Positions 1 through 9,542 of a stretch of DNA of 64,000 bases are shown here, piece by piece. The position numbers were made by a program, and so were the translations under genes. Each line of letters starts with the position of its first letter. Within the stretch, counting starts at the first letter, position 1. Under the pieces are notes generated by a model. The model had not been told where the DNA came from, made no database searches, and saw only the letters and a program-made list of their open reading frames with translations. The stretch spans positions 58,909 to 122,908 of the forward strand of contig CAZZKJ010000003.1 in assembly GCA_964654695.1 (NCBI GenBank), in the 5' to 3' direction. Source of the stretch: an uncultured bacterium. GTDB taxonomy: Bacteria > Krumholzibacteriota > Krumholzibacteriia > WVZY01.

Positions 1-1
1 C

Positions 2-64
2 CTTATTGGAGGCGCCAGTCTGGAAGTTGATAGTTTTGTTGCGATTGCGCGGGCAGCGCTTTGA
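2..64 (+). CDS. tpiA: Triosephosphate isomerase, C-terminal end (5' truncated by the window)
   Basis: Frame 2 reads LIGGASLEVDSFVAIARAAL*, containing the TIM C-terminal L(V/I)GGASL motif. tpiA-secG-tRNA-Leu is a widespread gene order. Confidence 0.9.
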   Translation, partial: LIGGASLEVDSFVAIARAAL

Positions 65-133
65 TTGATCAATATGCTCATATTATTGACGATGCAGCGG
101 TCTTATGTTAACCTGAGCCGAGGATGATATAAA

Positions 134-508
134 ATGGTACTCTACAAACTGATACTTGCCATCCATGTGATAGTTTGTTTCTCTTTAATAGTAGTTGTAT
201 TGCTCCAATCGAGCAAAGGCGGCGGGCTTGCCGGCGCGTTTGGAGGAGGCGGTGGGGGGCAGACTATATTCGGAGGGCAGGAGACAGCTACTTTTCTAAG
301 TAAAGCGACTACTTATCTGGCCGTGCTGTTTATGGTTTTATCCCTGAGCCTTGCGTTCCTTTCATCAAAAAGAGATTCCAATAAAACCGATAACATAACG
401 GACCGCCGGGAGTCCGGACAGAATGAGGTAATTCCCAGGGGGCCGAGCGTGTCTGAAGTATTGGGCACAACCGCTGCCGATTCCATCCCGGATGATACGG
501 AGCAATAA
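134..508 (+). CDS. secG: Preprotein translocase subunit SecG
   Basis: Two TM helices flanking VLLQSSKGGGLAGAFGGG; lies between tpiA and tRNA-Leu. Confidence 0.95.
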   Translation: MVLYKLILAIHVIVCFSLIVVVLLQSSKGGGLAGAFGGGGGGQTIFGGQETATFLSKATTYLAVLFMVLSLSLAFLSSKRDSNKTDNITDRRESGQNEVIPRGPSVSEVLGTTAADSIPDDTEQ

Positions 509-521
509 ACCTTGCCGGCAT

Positions 522-609
522 GCCGAGGTGGTGGAACTTGGTAGACACGCTGTCTTGAGGGGGCAGTAGACGAAAGTCTGTGCGGGTTCGAGTCCCGCCC
601 TCGGCACCA
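522..609 (+). tRNA. tRNA-Leu (anticodon GAG)
   Basis: GCCGAGG/CCTCGGC acceptor stem; D-loop TGGTAGAC; anticodon arm CTGTC-TTGAGGG-GGCAG; long variable arm (AGAC-GAAA-GTCT); T-loop GGTTCGAGTCC; encoded CCA end. Confidence 0.97.
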
Positions 610-637
610 AATCCTCAGAATTTAATATTCTAAATAA

Positions 638-2149
638 ATGTTCTCCATCCTGTTCAAACTATTGGGATTTTCAGTCCGAAATCCAGAGGTGGTTGCAATG
701 AGATCCTTATTTAATGACGATGGCATGATCCCTTCGGTCCGGAAGCAGGTTCGCCGCGTTTTTTTTCTGGTTATTATTGCGGCCGGAACGCAGTTATATG
801 CCGGAGAAAGCAGTTCTGTAAGCTCGCCGCGTGATCAGCAATCTGTAAGCGTTACGGTTTATAACGACAATCTGGGATTGATCAAGGACGTAAGAAAGCT
901 GGACATGCCAAAAGGTATTTTCTCGCTTGCTTTTGAAGGCGTCGCATCAGGCATCGATCCCACCAGTGTGAGTATAAGATCGCTTGATGATCCCGGTGCT
1001 TTGAATATCCTCGAGCAGAACTTCGAGTATGACCTCATCAGTCCCAAGAAGTTGATGGAAAAATATCTTGGCAAGGAAATCGAGCTTGTAAGTAAAACCA
1101 CCGACGGCTTGAAAACCGATCGCGCGCGGTTGATTGGCACCGAAGGCGGTTATGTTTATGAAATAGAGGGCAAGATTGCCATTAATCCCGCCGGCAAGGT
1201 TGTGCTGCCCCGCCTGCCCGAGGGGTTGATTTCGAAGCCTTCGCTGATTTGGCTTCTGGATAACCGCGTTCGAAAACAAATGATTGAAGCCAGTTATCTC
1301 ACTAAAGGCATATCCTGGCGGACTGATTATGTGATGGTTTTATCTGAGAATGATTCGCAAATGGATATGTCGGGTTGGATTACCGTAGCAAACAGGAGCG
1401 GAGCTACTTATAAAAATGCTATTCTGAAACTCGTCGCGGGCGATGTGCACAGGGTGCAGCCAGAACAGCCGGCAAGAAGGCCGCCCGAAACTCTCGGTTT
1501 TGAAATGTCCAGGGGGCCTATCGTCAGGGAAAGCGCATTATTCGAATACCATATGTATTCCGTCGCGCGCAAAACTACTTTGAAGAATAATCAAACCAAG
1601 CAGATAAGAATGCTCGATGCGGCGGGCGTTCCGGTCTCCAAACAATATGTTTATACTCCAACGCGCCCGTATTTTTTCAGTACGATGGTTAATCCGGATA
1701 TATCCAAAAAGGTAGGCGTTTTTCTCAAATTCATGAATGAGAAAAAGAACGGTTTGGGTATGCCGCTTCCCAAAGGTGTGGTCAGAGTTTATAAAAAGGA
1801 TGATGACGGATCCCTGGAATTCCTGGGTGAAGACAGAATAGATCATACACCGGAAGATGAGAAGCTGAGGATCAAGATCGGCGAAGCCTTTGATATTGTA
1901 GCAGAAAGGATTCAAACCGAATTCAGAAAATTCAAAAACTCGTTCGAATCAGCATACAAGATCACAATACGCAATCATAAGAAACAGGATATCGTGGTTT
2001 CAGTCATCGAGAGGTTGGGGGGGGATTGGAAGATCGAGCAACAGTCGCATGAATATACAAAGGAATCGGCCTCCCGGGTCAGGTTCGATGTTCCGGTTAA
2101 ATCCAAGGGGGAGTCGATATTGACATACAGGGTTGCGGTCAAACGCTAA
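638..2149 (+). CDS. DUF4139/DUF4140 domain exported protein (true start probably somewhat downstream)
   Basis: VTVYNDNLGLIKDVR, NFEYDL, SYLTKGISWRTDY and LKLVAGDVHRV are typical DUF4139 motifs; signal-peptide-like segment near the N-terminus. Confidence 0.85.
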   Translation: MFSILFKLLGFSVRNPEVVAMRSLFNDDGMIPSVRKQVRRVFFLVIIAAGTQLYAGESSSVSSPRDQQSVSVTVYNDNLGLIKDVRKLDMPKGIFSLAFEGVASGIDPTSVSIRSLDDPGALNILEQNFEYDLISPKKLMEKYLGKEIELVSKTTDGLKTDRARLIGTEGGYVYEIEGKIAINPAGKVVLPRLPEGLISKPSLIWLLDNRVRKQMIEASYLTKGISWRTDYVMVLSENDSQMDMSGWITVANRSGATYKNAILKLVAGDVHRVQPEQPARRPPETLGFEMSRGPIVRESALFEYHMYSVARKTTLKNNQTKQIRMLDAAGVPVSKQYVYTPTRPYFFSTMVNPDISKKVGVFLKFMNEKKNGLGMPLPKGVVRVYKKDDDGSLEFLGEDRIDHTPEDEKLRIKIGEAFDIVAERIQTEFRKFKNSFESAYKITIRNHKKQDIVVSVIERLGGDWKIEQQSHEYTKESASRVRFDVPVKSKGESILTYRVAVKR

Positions 2150-2174
2150 TACGCAAAGGAGATTTTGATCCGAT

Positions 2175-2684
2175 ATGGAAACGCTGCATTCTCTGACCGG
2201 ATATGCCCTGGCTCATGCCGGCGCATTCATAATAATTCTTGGTGCGGTTTCCATCGCCGGATTGGTTTTTGGAACGACTTCATTACTGCGGTTCCGATCG
2301 ATTTGCCGTCCATTGGAGAGTATCAAATCCAAAACCGGCGATAGAGGCGAATACATGCCCGTGATAGCCTCATCGATCGAGGACAACAGAAAAGCCATCG
2401 AAGACGTCGCTTCCGGAGTAGAACGGCTTCTGGATGAAAGCAGCAGTTACCTCAAGCACATAGGCCTGGTCCGTTATGATGCTTTCGATGATGTCGGGGG
2501 CAAGCAAAGTTACTCATTATGTCTTCTGGACGGCGATAAAAACGGGTTTATTATTACTTACCTGACCGGGCATAATTTTACGAGGAGTTATGCCGTTGCA
2601 ATCGATGCGGGTGCGCATTCCAGAAAGTTGAGCGAAGAAGAAATCCAGGCCTGCGCCGCCGCTGTTTCCGCCATGCAGCCTTGA
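2175..2684 (+). CDS. DUF4446 family membrane-anchored protein
   Basis: N-terminal TM, then GLVRYDAFDDVGGKQSYSLCLLD..NG and RSYA...LSEEE. Confidence 0.85.
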   Translation: METLHSLTGYALAHAGAFIIILGAVSIAGLVFGTTSLLRFRSICRPLESIKSKTGDRGEYMPVIASSIEDNRKAIEDVASGVERLLDESSSYLKHIGLVRYDAFDDVGGKQSYSLCLLDGDKNGFIITYLTGHNFTRSYAVAIDAGAHSRKLSEEEIQACAAAVSAMQP

Positions 2685-2714
2685 TTCGGCGGCGAACTCC
2701 CGGCTTCAATTGCT

Positions 2715-3986
2715 TCAGATTCGTATCGATATCCATCCTTCTCTGTGCAGCCTCGCGAAAATCACCGATGCCAATATAATGATGTAGAGCACGGCTCCGG
2801 CCCATGCCCCAGTCACGCCGCCGTTCAGCGTCATGCCGAAATAAAATGCGAGAGGCAGGAAAAGGAACCAGGCAAAACATACTGTTATGATCATAGGCAA
2901 TTTGGTGTCCCCCGCTCCCCGTAGGGCTCCGTTGGATATCATTTGGATGGAATCGAAAAATTGAAATACAGCCGCTATGAGCATCAGCTTTTTCCCCATG
3001 GCAATAACCGTAAGATCGGTCGTAAAAATACGCACCAAAGTCCCCGCAAATATGATGTAAGAAGCAGCAATGAATATGGAATATAACAAGCCAAGCTTCA
3101 AAGCCGAATAAGCGCTCTTTTTTGCAAATATGTTTGAGCCGGATCCTATATACTGCCCCATCAAAGTGGTTGCCGCTACGGCCAGGCCTTGGGCCGGCAT
3201 GAATGAAAAAGCCAGCAGTTGAATAATTATCTGGTTGGCCGCCAGAGCGGTCGTGCTGATGCGACCGATAAATGCGAAGAACACTAGAAAGCTTCCCATA
3301 TCCAGAAAAAACTGGACTCCTATCGGAAATCCCACCCGTAGCAGTTTCATCATTTCAACAGTATTAATGTGAAAGCAGCGGTGAATCCGATATCGGTTTC
3401 TGTAACGTGTTGAAAATGAAATGATGCAGAAAGAAAATGCAGCCAGCAGGTTCGCCAGGGCCGTCGCCCACGCCGCTCCGGCTACACCCATTGCGGGTAC
3501 GGAGCCGCGGCCGAAGATCAGCAGGTAATCGCCCGCGATGTTAACAAGATTCGCAAAAGCAATTACTTTCATGGGGGTTTTAGTATTGCCGATCCCCCTG
3601 AAGAAGTTGGAATATGCGAAGTGCAAAATCACAAAAGGAGCCGACAGCATTCGAATATCTGCATAAGACAGCGTTTTGCTCCTGACTTCATCCGCCGGGC
3701 CGAGCAGATTGACGGTCAAAGGATTCATAAACCTTATCAAATAAATGACCAACCCGGACAACAGGGCGAGATACAAACCCTGCCAGAGAATAATGGCGCA
3801 TTTTTCGAATTTTCTGCCGCCGTAGTACTGAGCGACAAAGGTGTTGATTCCATTCATGACTCCGACAAAAAACGAATGTATAGTCCAAACCATTATCCCT
3901 CCCATCCCGACTGCAGCGAGAGGGATTTTACCCGTGTGGCCGACCATTGCGGAATCAACGGCCCACATAATTGTCTGGGAAAGCAT
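2715..3986 (-). CDS. MATE family efflux transporter (start may lie slightly upstream)
   Basis: VDSAMVGH, FFRGIGNTKTPM, MGVAGAAWAT and LRGAGDTK; about 12 TM segments. Confidence 0.93.
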   Translation of the reverse strand: MLSQTIMWAVDSAMVGHTGKIPLAAVGMGGIMVWTIHSFFVGVMNGINTFVAQYYGGRKFEKCAIILWQGLYLALLSGLVIYLIRFMNPLTVNLLGPADEVRSKTLSYADIRMLSAPFVILHFAYSNFFRGIGNTKTPMKVIAFANLVNIAGDYLLIFGRGSVPAMGVAGAAWATALANLLAAFSFCIISFSTRYRNRYRIHRCFHINTVEMMKLLRVGFPIGVQFFLDMGSFLVFFAFIGRISTTALAANQIIIQLLAFSFMPAQGLAVAATTLMGQYIGSGSNIFAKKSAYSALKLGLLYSIFIAASYIIFAGTLVRIFTTDLTVIAMGKKLMLIAAVFQFFDSIQMISNGALRGAGDTKLPMIITVCFAWFLFLPLAFYFGMTLNGGVTGAWAGAVLYIIILASVIFARLHREGWISIRI

Positions 3987-4059
3987 GGTTAGAATCGCGG
4001 GATAAGCAAGCTGCCAGACTTCGAGGTTGGATCCGGCGCGGAGACTGTTTTGGCGGGGT

Positions 4060-4866
4060 TTAATCGGAACCGCCCTTTCGTTTTTTTCTGTAATTTTCCA
4101 GTATGCGTTTTTCGGTTGCGCTCAATTCGTCCTTGCCCTTCTCGGCGATCTTGTCAAGAATGGAATCAACCGTGGAACGCTCGTCCGCGTTTCTTTTAAC
4201 CTGCTTCTCCCGTGAATATTGATCCCACTTTCTGCTGACATCGTAAAAAAAACGTGATCGGAGAATTTCCTGCTTGAAAAACAGGAGCCCCGCGGCAATT
4301 CCGCCCAGGTGAGCGAAATACGCTATATGGCTGGGGCCGGATATGCCTTGAAGGAACTGGAAAAGAGCGAGGAAAAGCATCAGGTGCTTGGCTTTTACAG
4401 AAAAAAGCAAAAAAAGATAAACCCGGTTGTTCGGAAAAAGCATGGCATAGGCGAGAAACAGGCCGAAACCGGCAGCACTCGCTCCAAGCGTGAAGTTCCG
4501 ATAGGCGAAAACAAAACTAAAAAGAGCTCCTCCCAACCCGCAGGCCAAGTAGTACTTCAAGAACTTTTCTTTTCCCCAGGCGTTCTCTATGGCCGTCCCG
4601 AACATCCACACTATAAACATGTTGAATAAAAGATGCCAAACACCGAGATGGAGAAACATGTAGGTGATAACCTGCCAGACATAATACTTTTTTACTACCA
4701 TGGCCGGCATAAGAGAAAAGTATCTTTGAAAACTCTCCCCGAATCTCGGCCCGAATAAATATTCAAGTATGAACACAATGATATTGGCGGCGATAATCTT
4801 GTTGACCATGCTGCCCGATGAGAATCCGCCCCAGTCAGGGCGCCGTTCATAATAATATTGTGGCAT
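4060..4866 (-). CDS. Rhomboid family intramembrane serine protease with a C-terminal soluble extension
   Basis: WQVITYMFLH, HLLFNM, GASAA (catalytic Ser) and AHLGG (catalytic His). Start set at ATG 4866, behind an AAAGGAG RBS. Confidence 0.92.
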   Translation of the reverse strand: MPQYYYERRPDWGGFSSGSMVNKIIAANIIVFILEYLFGPRFGESFQRYFSLMPAMVVKKYYVWQVITYMFLHLGVWHLLFNMFIVWMFGTAIENAWGKEKFLKYYLACGLGGALFSFVFAYRNFTLGASAAGFGLFLAYAMLFPNNRVYLFLLFSVKAKHLMLFLALFQFLQGISGPSHIAYFAHLGGIAAGLLFFKQEILRSRFFYDVSRKWDQYSREKQVKRNADERSTVDSILDKIAEKGKDELSATEKRILENYRKKRKGGSD

Positions 4867-5080
4867 ATGATTGCTCCTTTTATTGCTGCAATAAGATACA
4901 CTTTTTGATACCCTGGGAACAATAAAATCTTGTGTTTCGGGAAAAATGCGCATGTGGTTGTGGTATTCATAAGAATCGAATATTATTCATCGCCGCCGCC
5001 ACTTGCAGCGTGAAACATTCTCGGTGAAAAGACGTAATCTCATTAATAAAATCCATTTATCATAAGTTAAGGAGACAATC

Positions 5081-6244
5081 ATGGCCGGATTATTACGCGG
5101 AAGGCGAGTCCCTGCCGCAATTATATTATTAGTAATCGTATTGATACCAAGCTTTTATGGCGTACGCCGGCTTGCCTTAAAACGCGGCGGCGCCGGGGCC
5201 GCGGATTCCACGGCCGCAGATTCTTCCGCAGCGGATTCGAAAAACGGATCTGAAAAGGGCAAAGCTGTTGAAGCTGTTCCTGTTGAAATATCACAAGCCG
5301 GGTTCAAGAGTATCTCGTCTTATTATCAGACGACGGCTACTTTGCAGCCGGAAAGAAAAGTCGAAATAGTGGCTAAAATAGCGGGTGAGATCGTGAAGAT
5401 CAGGGTGGAAGAGGGGGACATGGTAAAAAAAGGAGCTCTTCTTTGCGAACTTAACGACGAAGAGCAACGGATCGCGCTTGAAGCGGAGCGTATTAATAAG
5501 GAAAAACAAGAGGCCGAATTCAATCGTTTCCAGGAGATGTATAAGAAGCATCTGATAAGCGATAAAGAATACTCAGATGCCAAATATAATTATGAAACAG
5601 CTGAGAACCAGCTCGAAGCGACAGCTTTGAAGTTCGATTACACAAAGATCAGAGCGCCTTTTACAGGGATTATAACAAAAAGACTGGTCGATGTGGGTCT
5701 TAATGTCGGCTTGGGCACAAAACTGCTGGAGATAGCTGATGTTGATCCCCTTTTGGTTAAAATGTATTTGCCTGAAAACGAAATGGCTGTTATCGAGCCC
5801 AATCAGGCTATTCGCATCACACTCGATTCGGATCCCAATAAGGTTTTCAAAGGAAAGATAGTCAGGAGTTCTCCGGAAGTGGATGATAGAACGGGGACAG
5901 TCAAAGTAACCGCACAGGTTGATGGAATCGCCATGCCGGGCAGCTTCGTCCGGATAAAAATCGTAACGGCGACGCATGACAGTTCTTTGGTAATTCCGAG
6001 GGAGGGCCTGGTGAACGATGCGGGAGAAACATTTGTTTTTGTCGCTGAAGCTGATACGGTTAGAAAAACGCGCGTGCTTCTTGGATTCGAAGACGAGCAT
6101 TATGCTGAAGTCCTTCAAGGAGTCGAGCTGAATGACAGCATTGTAGTCGTGGGTCAGGGAGGCCTGAAACCGGGATCCAAGATTACCATTATATCACCCT
6201 TAACACCCAATGAAGTTTCCACGGATGACAAGGTTTCGAAATAA
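5081..6244 (+). CDS. RND efflux periplasmic adaptor (membrane fusion protein)
   Basis: N-terminal TM, lipoyl halves (V.EGD.VKKG; IRAPFTGII), coiled coil and beta-barrel. Confidence 0.93.
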   Translation: MAGLLRGRRVPAAIILLVIVLIPSFYGVRRLALKRGGAGAADSTAADSSAADSKNGSEKGKAVEAVPVEISQAGFKSISSYYQTTATLQPERKVEIVAKIAGEIVKIRVEEGDMVKKGALLCELNDEEQRIALEAERINKEKQEAEFNRFQEMYKKHLISDKEYSDAKYNYETAENQLEATALKFDYTKIRAPFTGIITKRLVDVGLNVGLGTKLLEIADVDPLLVKMYLPENEMAVIEPNQAIRITLDSDPNKVFKGKIVRSSPEVDDRTGTVKVTAQVDGIAMPGSFVRIKIVTATHDSSLVIPREGLVNDAGETFVFVAEADTVRKTRVLLGFEDEHYAEVLQGVELNDSIVVVGQGGLKPGSKITIISPLTPNEVSTDDKVSK

Positions 6245-6323
6245 CCTTCGGCTAAAATGCAAAAAGGTATAATGTGAGTTCTACTGAAATGCCTGCTGAA
6301 ATTTCAAAGCTGAGGAGCTGCCG

Positions 6324-9300
6324 ATGAAAATCATCGGTTTTTCCATCAACAGGCCCGTGACCATATCAATGATTTTTCTGGCCGTTATTATCTTCGGCCT
6401 GGTTTCTCTCAACCGCCTGCGCCTGCAGCTTCTTCCCGATATCTCTTATCCCACGCTGACAATCCAAACGGAATACCCCGATGCAGCACCATTGGAAGTG
6501 GAGAATTTCGTTTCGCGTCCTCTGGAGGAAGCCGTCGGTGTGGTAACCGGATTGAAGCATCTGCGCTCGGTTTCCAGACCGGGGATCTCGGAGATAATAC
6601 TGGAATTCGCATGGAAAACCCCCATGAATTATGCCGCTCTTGATGTAAGGGAAAAAATCGACCTGATAGAGCTTCCCAAGGAATGCGGGCAGTCCGTAAT
6701 TCTGCGTTACGATCCATCGCTTGATCCCGTGGTTCGTATCGGAGTTTATGGCATCGATAACCTGGTCAAGTTGAGAAATCTTGCCGACAAGGTGATCAAA
6801 AAAGATTTGGAATCCCTCGACGGGGTGGCCAGCGCAAAGGTTCTCGGGGGATTGGAAGAGGAGATCCAGGTTGAGCTCGACGAAAGAAAACTTGCGTTGT
6901 TCCAGGTTCCAATAGCGCTGGTTGGACAAAGATTGTTCGAGGATAATATCAATCAATCCGGGGGTAAACTCAGGGACCGGGGTTCCGAGTTTCTCCTCAG
7001 AACCGAAAACGAATTCAAGAACGTAAATGAAATCGCGGGGACGATTATACGCGAAGACACGGGCAGAAAAATCGTCCTTGCGGACCTGGGAAGGGTTGAG
7101 AGGAGTTACAAGGAAAGAGAAGTAATAACAAGGCTCAACGGCAAGGAAGCGGTTGAAATTGCGATCTATAAAGAAGGCGATGCGAACACCGTCGAGGTTG
7201 CAAAAGCGATCAGGGGCAGGGTTAAAGCTTTATCCAAGGATTTGCCTGCCAGCGTAAGGCTGCTGAACCTTTTCGATCAGGCCCGTTTCATAGAAGGAGC
7301 TGTCGGTGAAGTTGAAAACAATGCTCTGGTCGGCGCTCTTTTGGCGATATTGATCCTCTTCCTTTTCCTCCGGGATGTACGCAGCACCATGATAATAGGC
7401 TTGTCCATTCCTATATCCATCATGACTACTTTTGTTTTCATGAGACAGCTGGGTATTTCACTGAACATAATGTCTCTCGGAGGCCTGGCGCTGGGGGTGG
7501 GTATGCTTGTCGATAATTCCATCGTGGTATTAGAGAGCATATCGCGGCACCGGGGGCGAAGCAATGACAGGAAAGACGCCACTTTCAAAGGGGCCGGCGA
7601 AGTGGGAAAGGCGGTTGCCGCTTCCACGCTTACCACGGTTGCGGTATTTCTGCCGATTGTCTTTGTTGAAGGAATAGCAGGACAGATATTCAAGGATCAG
7701 GCTCTGACCGTTTCCATCTCCTTGCTGGCTTCGCTCGTTGTTGCGCTTATGCTCATCCCCATGATCTCGGCCCTCCAGGGACGCTCGGGCCGGAGTTCAT
7801 CTCCAAGCAAAGGCGAAACGGAAAACCCGTTAAAAAAGCAGTCAAGGATTGCAGGATTCCTGATAAAACCAATCCGTTTCTTGTTTACCGACGTTCCGGT
7901 ATTTATCCTGGCGGTTTCAAGAGCATTCTTTTCACGGCTGAGATCGGGCGCGGTTTCTGTCTCCGCACCTGTTCTCCGCGCGTTCCAGCGGGCCTATGAA
8001 TCGGTGGAAATGCAATACCGCCCGATCCTCAAGAAAGTGCTTTCACATAAAATTATGTTTCTCTCCGGAGTATTCTTGTTGTTCTGTTTGAGTCTTTTGC
8101 TGCTCAATAATATCGGCAGAGAATTGATACCCCAGTTCTCACAGGGCGAATTCAGTTTCAGCGCCAGGCTCATCGAAGGCAGTCCCTTGAGCGCAACAAA
8201 CCGGAAAATCTCGCAAATGGAAAGCATAATTGAATCCAGCCCGGGCGTTGATACTTATTTCAGTACGATAGGGCGCACCAATAGGCTGGGCAGCAACATC
8301 AAGAACAAGGATAAGAATGTAGGGCAGATAAATGTTGTTCTGAATAACAAGAATGACAAGAAAGCGGAGGCCGAGATCGTCAGTGTTTTGAGAAATGAAT
8401 TTTCAAAAATTGAAGGCATTAGCTGCAAGTTTTCCCGTCCAATGTATTTTACATTTCAAACTCCTGTGGAAATCGATATTTTCGGCTACAATCTGGACTT
8501 ACTGCAAAAAACCGCGGAGGAAGTCCGGAAGGCCGTAGAAAATATCAGAGCAATAAAAGATGTAAAGAGCACGATGCAGGCTGGGAATCCCGAGCTCAAG
8601 ATCGTCTTTAACCGGGACAAACTGGCTGCTTTTGGACTACAGCTGGAAAGCGTTTCTGGAATCATGAAAAACAAGATTTATGGTGATGTGCCGACTAAAC
8701 TCCGCGAGATGGAGCGTGAGGTCGACATCCGTGTCCGTACTTCAGCCTGGAGGACTGAAAACGCCGAATTTCTGAAATCCCTGGTAGTCGGGGAAAACGA
8801 GGGCAAGCCGATATATCTCGGATCCGTCGCGAATATAACTTTCGACCGGGGTCTCAATCAAATCACGCGTATTTCGCAGCAGCGCGCCGCCGTCGTTACG
8901 GGAAATATTCAAGGCCGGGATCTGGGATCCGTCTCCAAAGACATAAATAAAGCCCTCGCGAAGGTGCAAATTCCCAAAGGCATTTCAGTTGAGCTGGCAG
9001 GCCAGAATGAGGAGTTATTGAGCTCCTTTCGCAGCCTGCTGTTCGCACTGGTGCTTGCGGTATTTCTAGTGTATCTGGTTATGGCTTCGCAATTCGAATC
9101 CTTCGTGCATCCTTTTATTATTATGTTTACGGTGCCAATGGGTTTGATAGGCGTGTTCTGGACTCTTTTTATAACGGGCAAGTCGATAAGTGTTGTGGTC
9201 ATAATCGGAGCGATAATGCTGTCCGGAATAGTCGTCAATAACGGCATAGTGCTGATTGATTATATCAATGCATTGAGAAGACGCGGGGCTTCATTGGAAT

Positions 9301-9518
9301 CTGCGGTCGAGGAAGCCAGCATGGTGCGGCTGCGCCCGATTTTGATGACGACATTTACGACCGTGCTCGGTCTTATGCCGATGGCACTGGGGTTAGGGGA
9401 GGGCGCCGAGATAAGGACGCCGATGGCTCTGGCGGTTATTGGAGGTCTTCTCGGCGCCACCTTCCTGACGCTGCTGGTTATCCCGGCGTTGTATTCGATA
9501 GTCGAGCGGGGACGCTAA
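6324..9518 (+). CDS. RND efflux permease (AcrB/AcrD/AcrF family), subunit 1
   Basis: 1064 aa; RPVTISM, LGVGMLVDNSIVVLE, SQFES..HP and RLRPILMTT. Confidence 0.95.
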   Translation: MKIIGFSINRPVTISMIFLAVIIFGLVSLNRLRLQLLPDISYPTLTIQTEYPDAAPLEVENFVSRPLEEAVGVVTGLKHLRSVSRPGISEIILEFAWKTPMNYAALDVREKIDLIELPKECGQSVILRYDPSLDPVVRIGVYGIDNLVKLRNLADKVIKKDLESLDGVASAKVLGGLEEEIQVELDERKLALFQVPIALVGQRLFEDNINQSGGKLRDRGSEFLLRTENEFKNVNEIAGTIIREDTGRKIVLADLGRVERSYKEREVITRLNGKEAVEIAIYKEGDANTVEVAKAIRGRVKALSKDLPASVRLLNLFDQARFIEGAVGEVENNALVGALLAILILFLFLRDVRSTMIIGLSIPISIMTTFVFMRQLGISLNIMSLGGLALGVGMLVDNSIVVLESISRHRGRSNDRKDATFKGAGEVGKAVAASTLTTVAVFLPIVFVEGIAGQIFKDQALTVSISLLASLVVALMLIPMISALQGRSGRSSSPSKGETENPLKKQSRIAGFLIKPIRFLFTDVPVFILAVSRAFFSRLRSGAVSVSAPVLRAFQRAYESVEMQYRPILKKVLSHKIMFLSGVFLLFCLSLLLLNNIGRELIPQFSQGEFSFSARLIEGSPLSATNRKISQMESIIESSPGVDTYFSTIGRTNRLGSNIKNKDKNVGQINVVLNNKNDKKAEAEIVSVLRNEFSKIEGISCKFSRPMYFTFQTPVEIDIFGYNLDLLQKTAEEVRKAVENIRAIKDVKSTMQAGNPELKIVFNRDKLAAFGLQLESVSGIMKNKIYGDVPTKLREMEREVDIRVRTSAWRTENAEFLKSLVVGENEGKPIYLGSVANITFDRGLNQITRISQQRAAVVTGNIQGRDLGSVSKDINKALAKVQIPKGISVELAGQNEELLSSFRSLLFALVLAVFLVYLVMASQFESFVHPFIIMFTVPMGLIGVFWTLFITGKSISVVVIIGAIMLSGIVVNNGIVLIDYINALRRRGASLESAVEEASMVRLRPILMTTFTTVLGLMPMALGLGEGAEIRTPMALAVIGGLLGATFLTLLVIPALYSIVERGR

Positions 9519-9542
9519 AACCGTTAGACGGGATGATTATCC

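Noticed and set aside
522-700. tRNA-Leu 3' end as an integration site for a genomic island
   Set aside because: No integrase follows, and I saw no duplicate of the tRNA 3' end elsewhere in the window.
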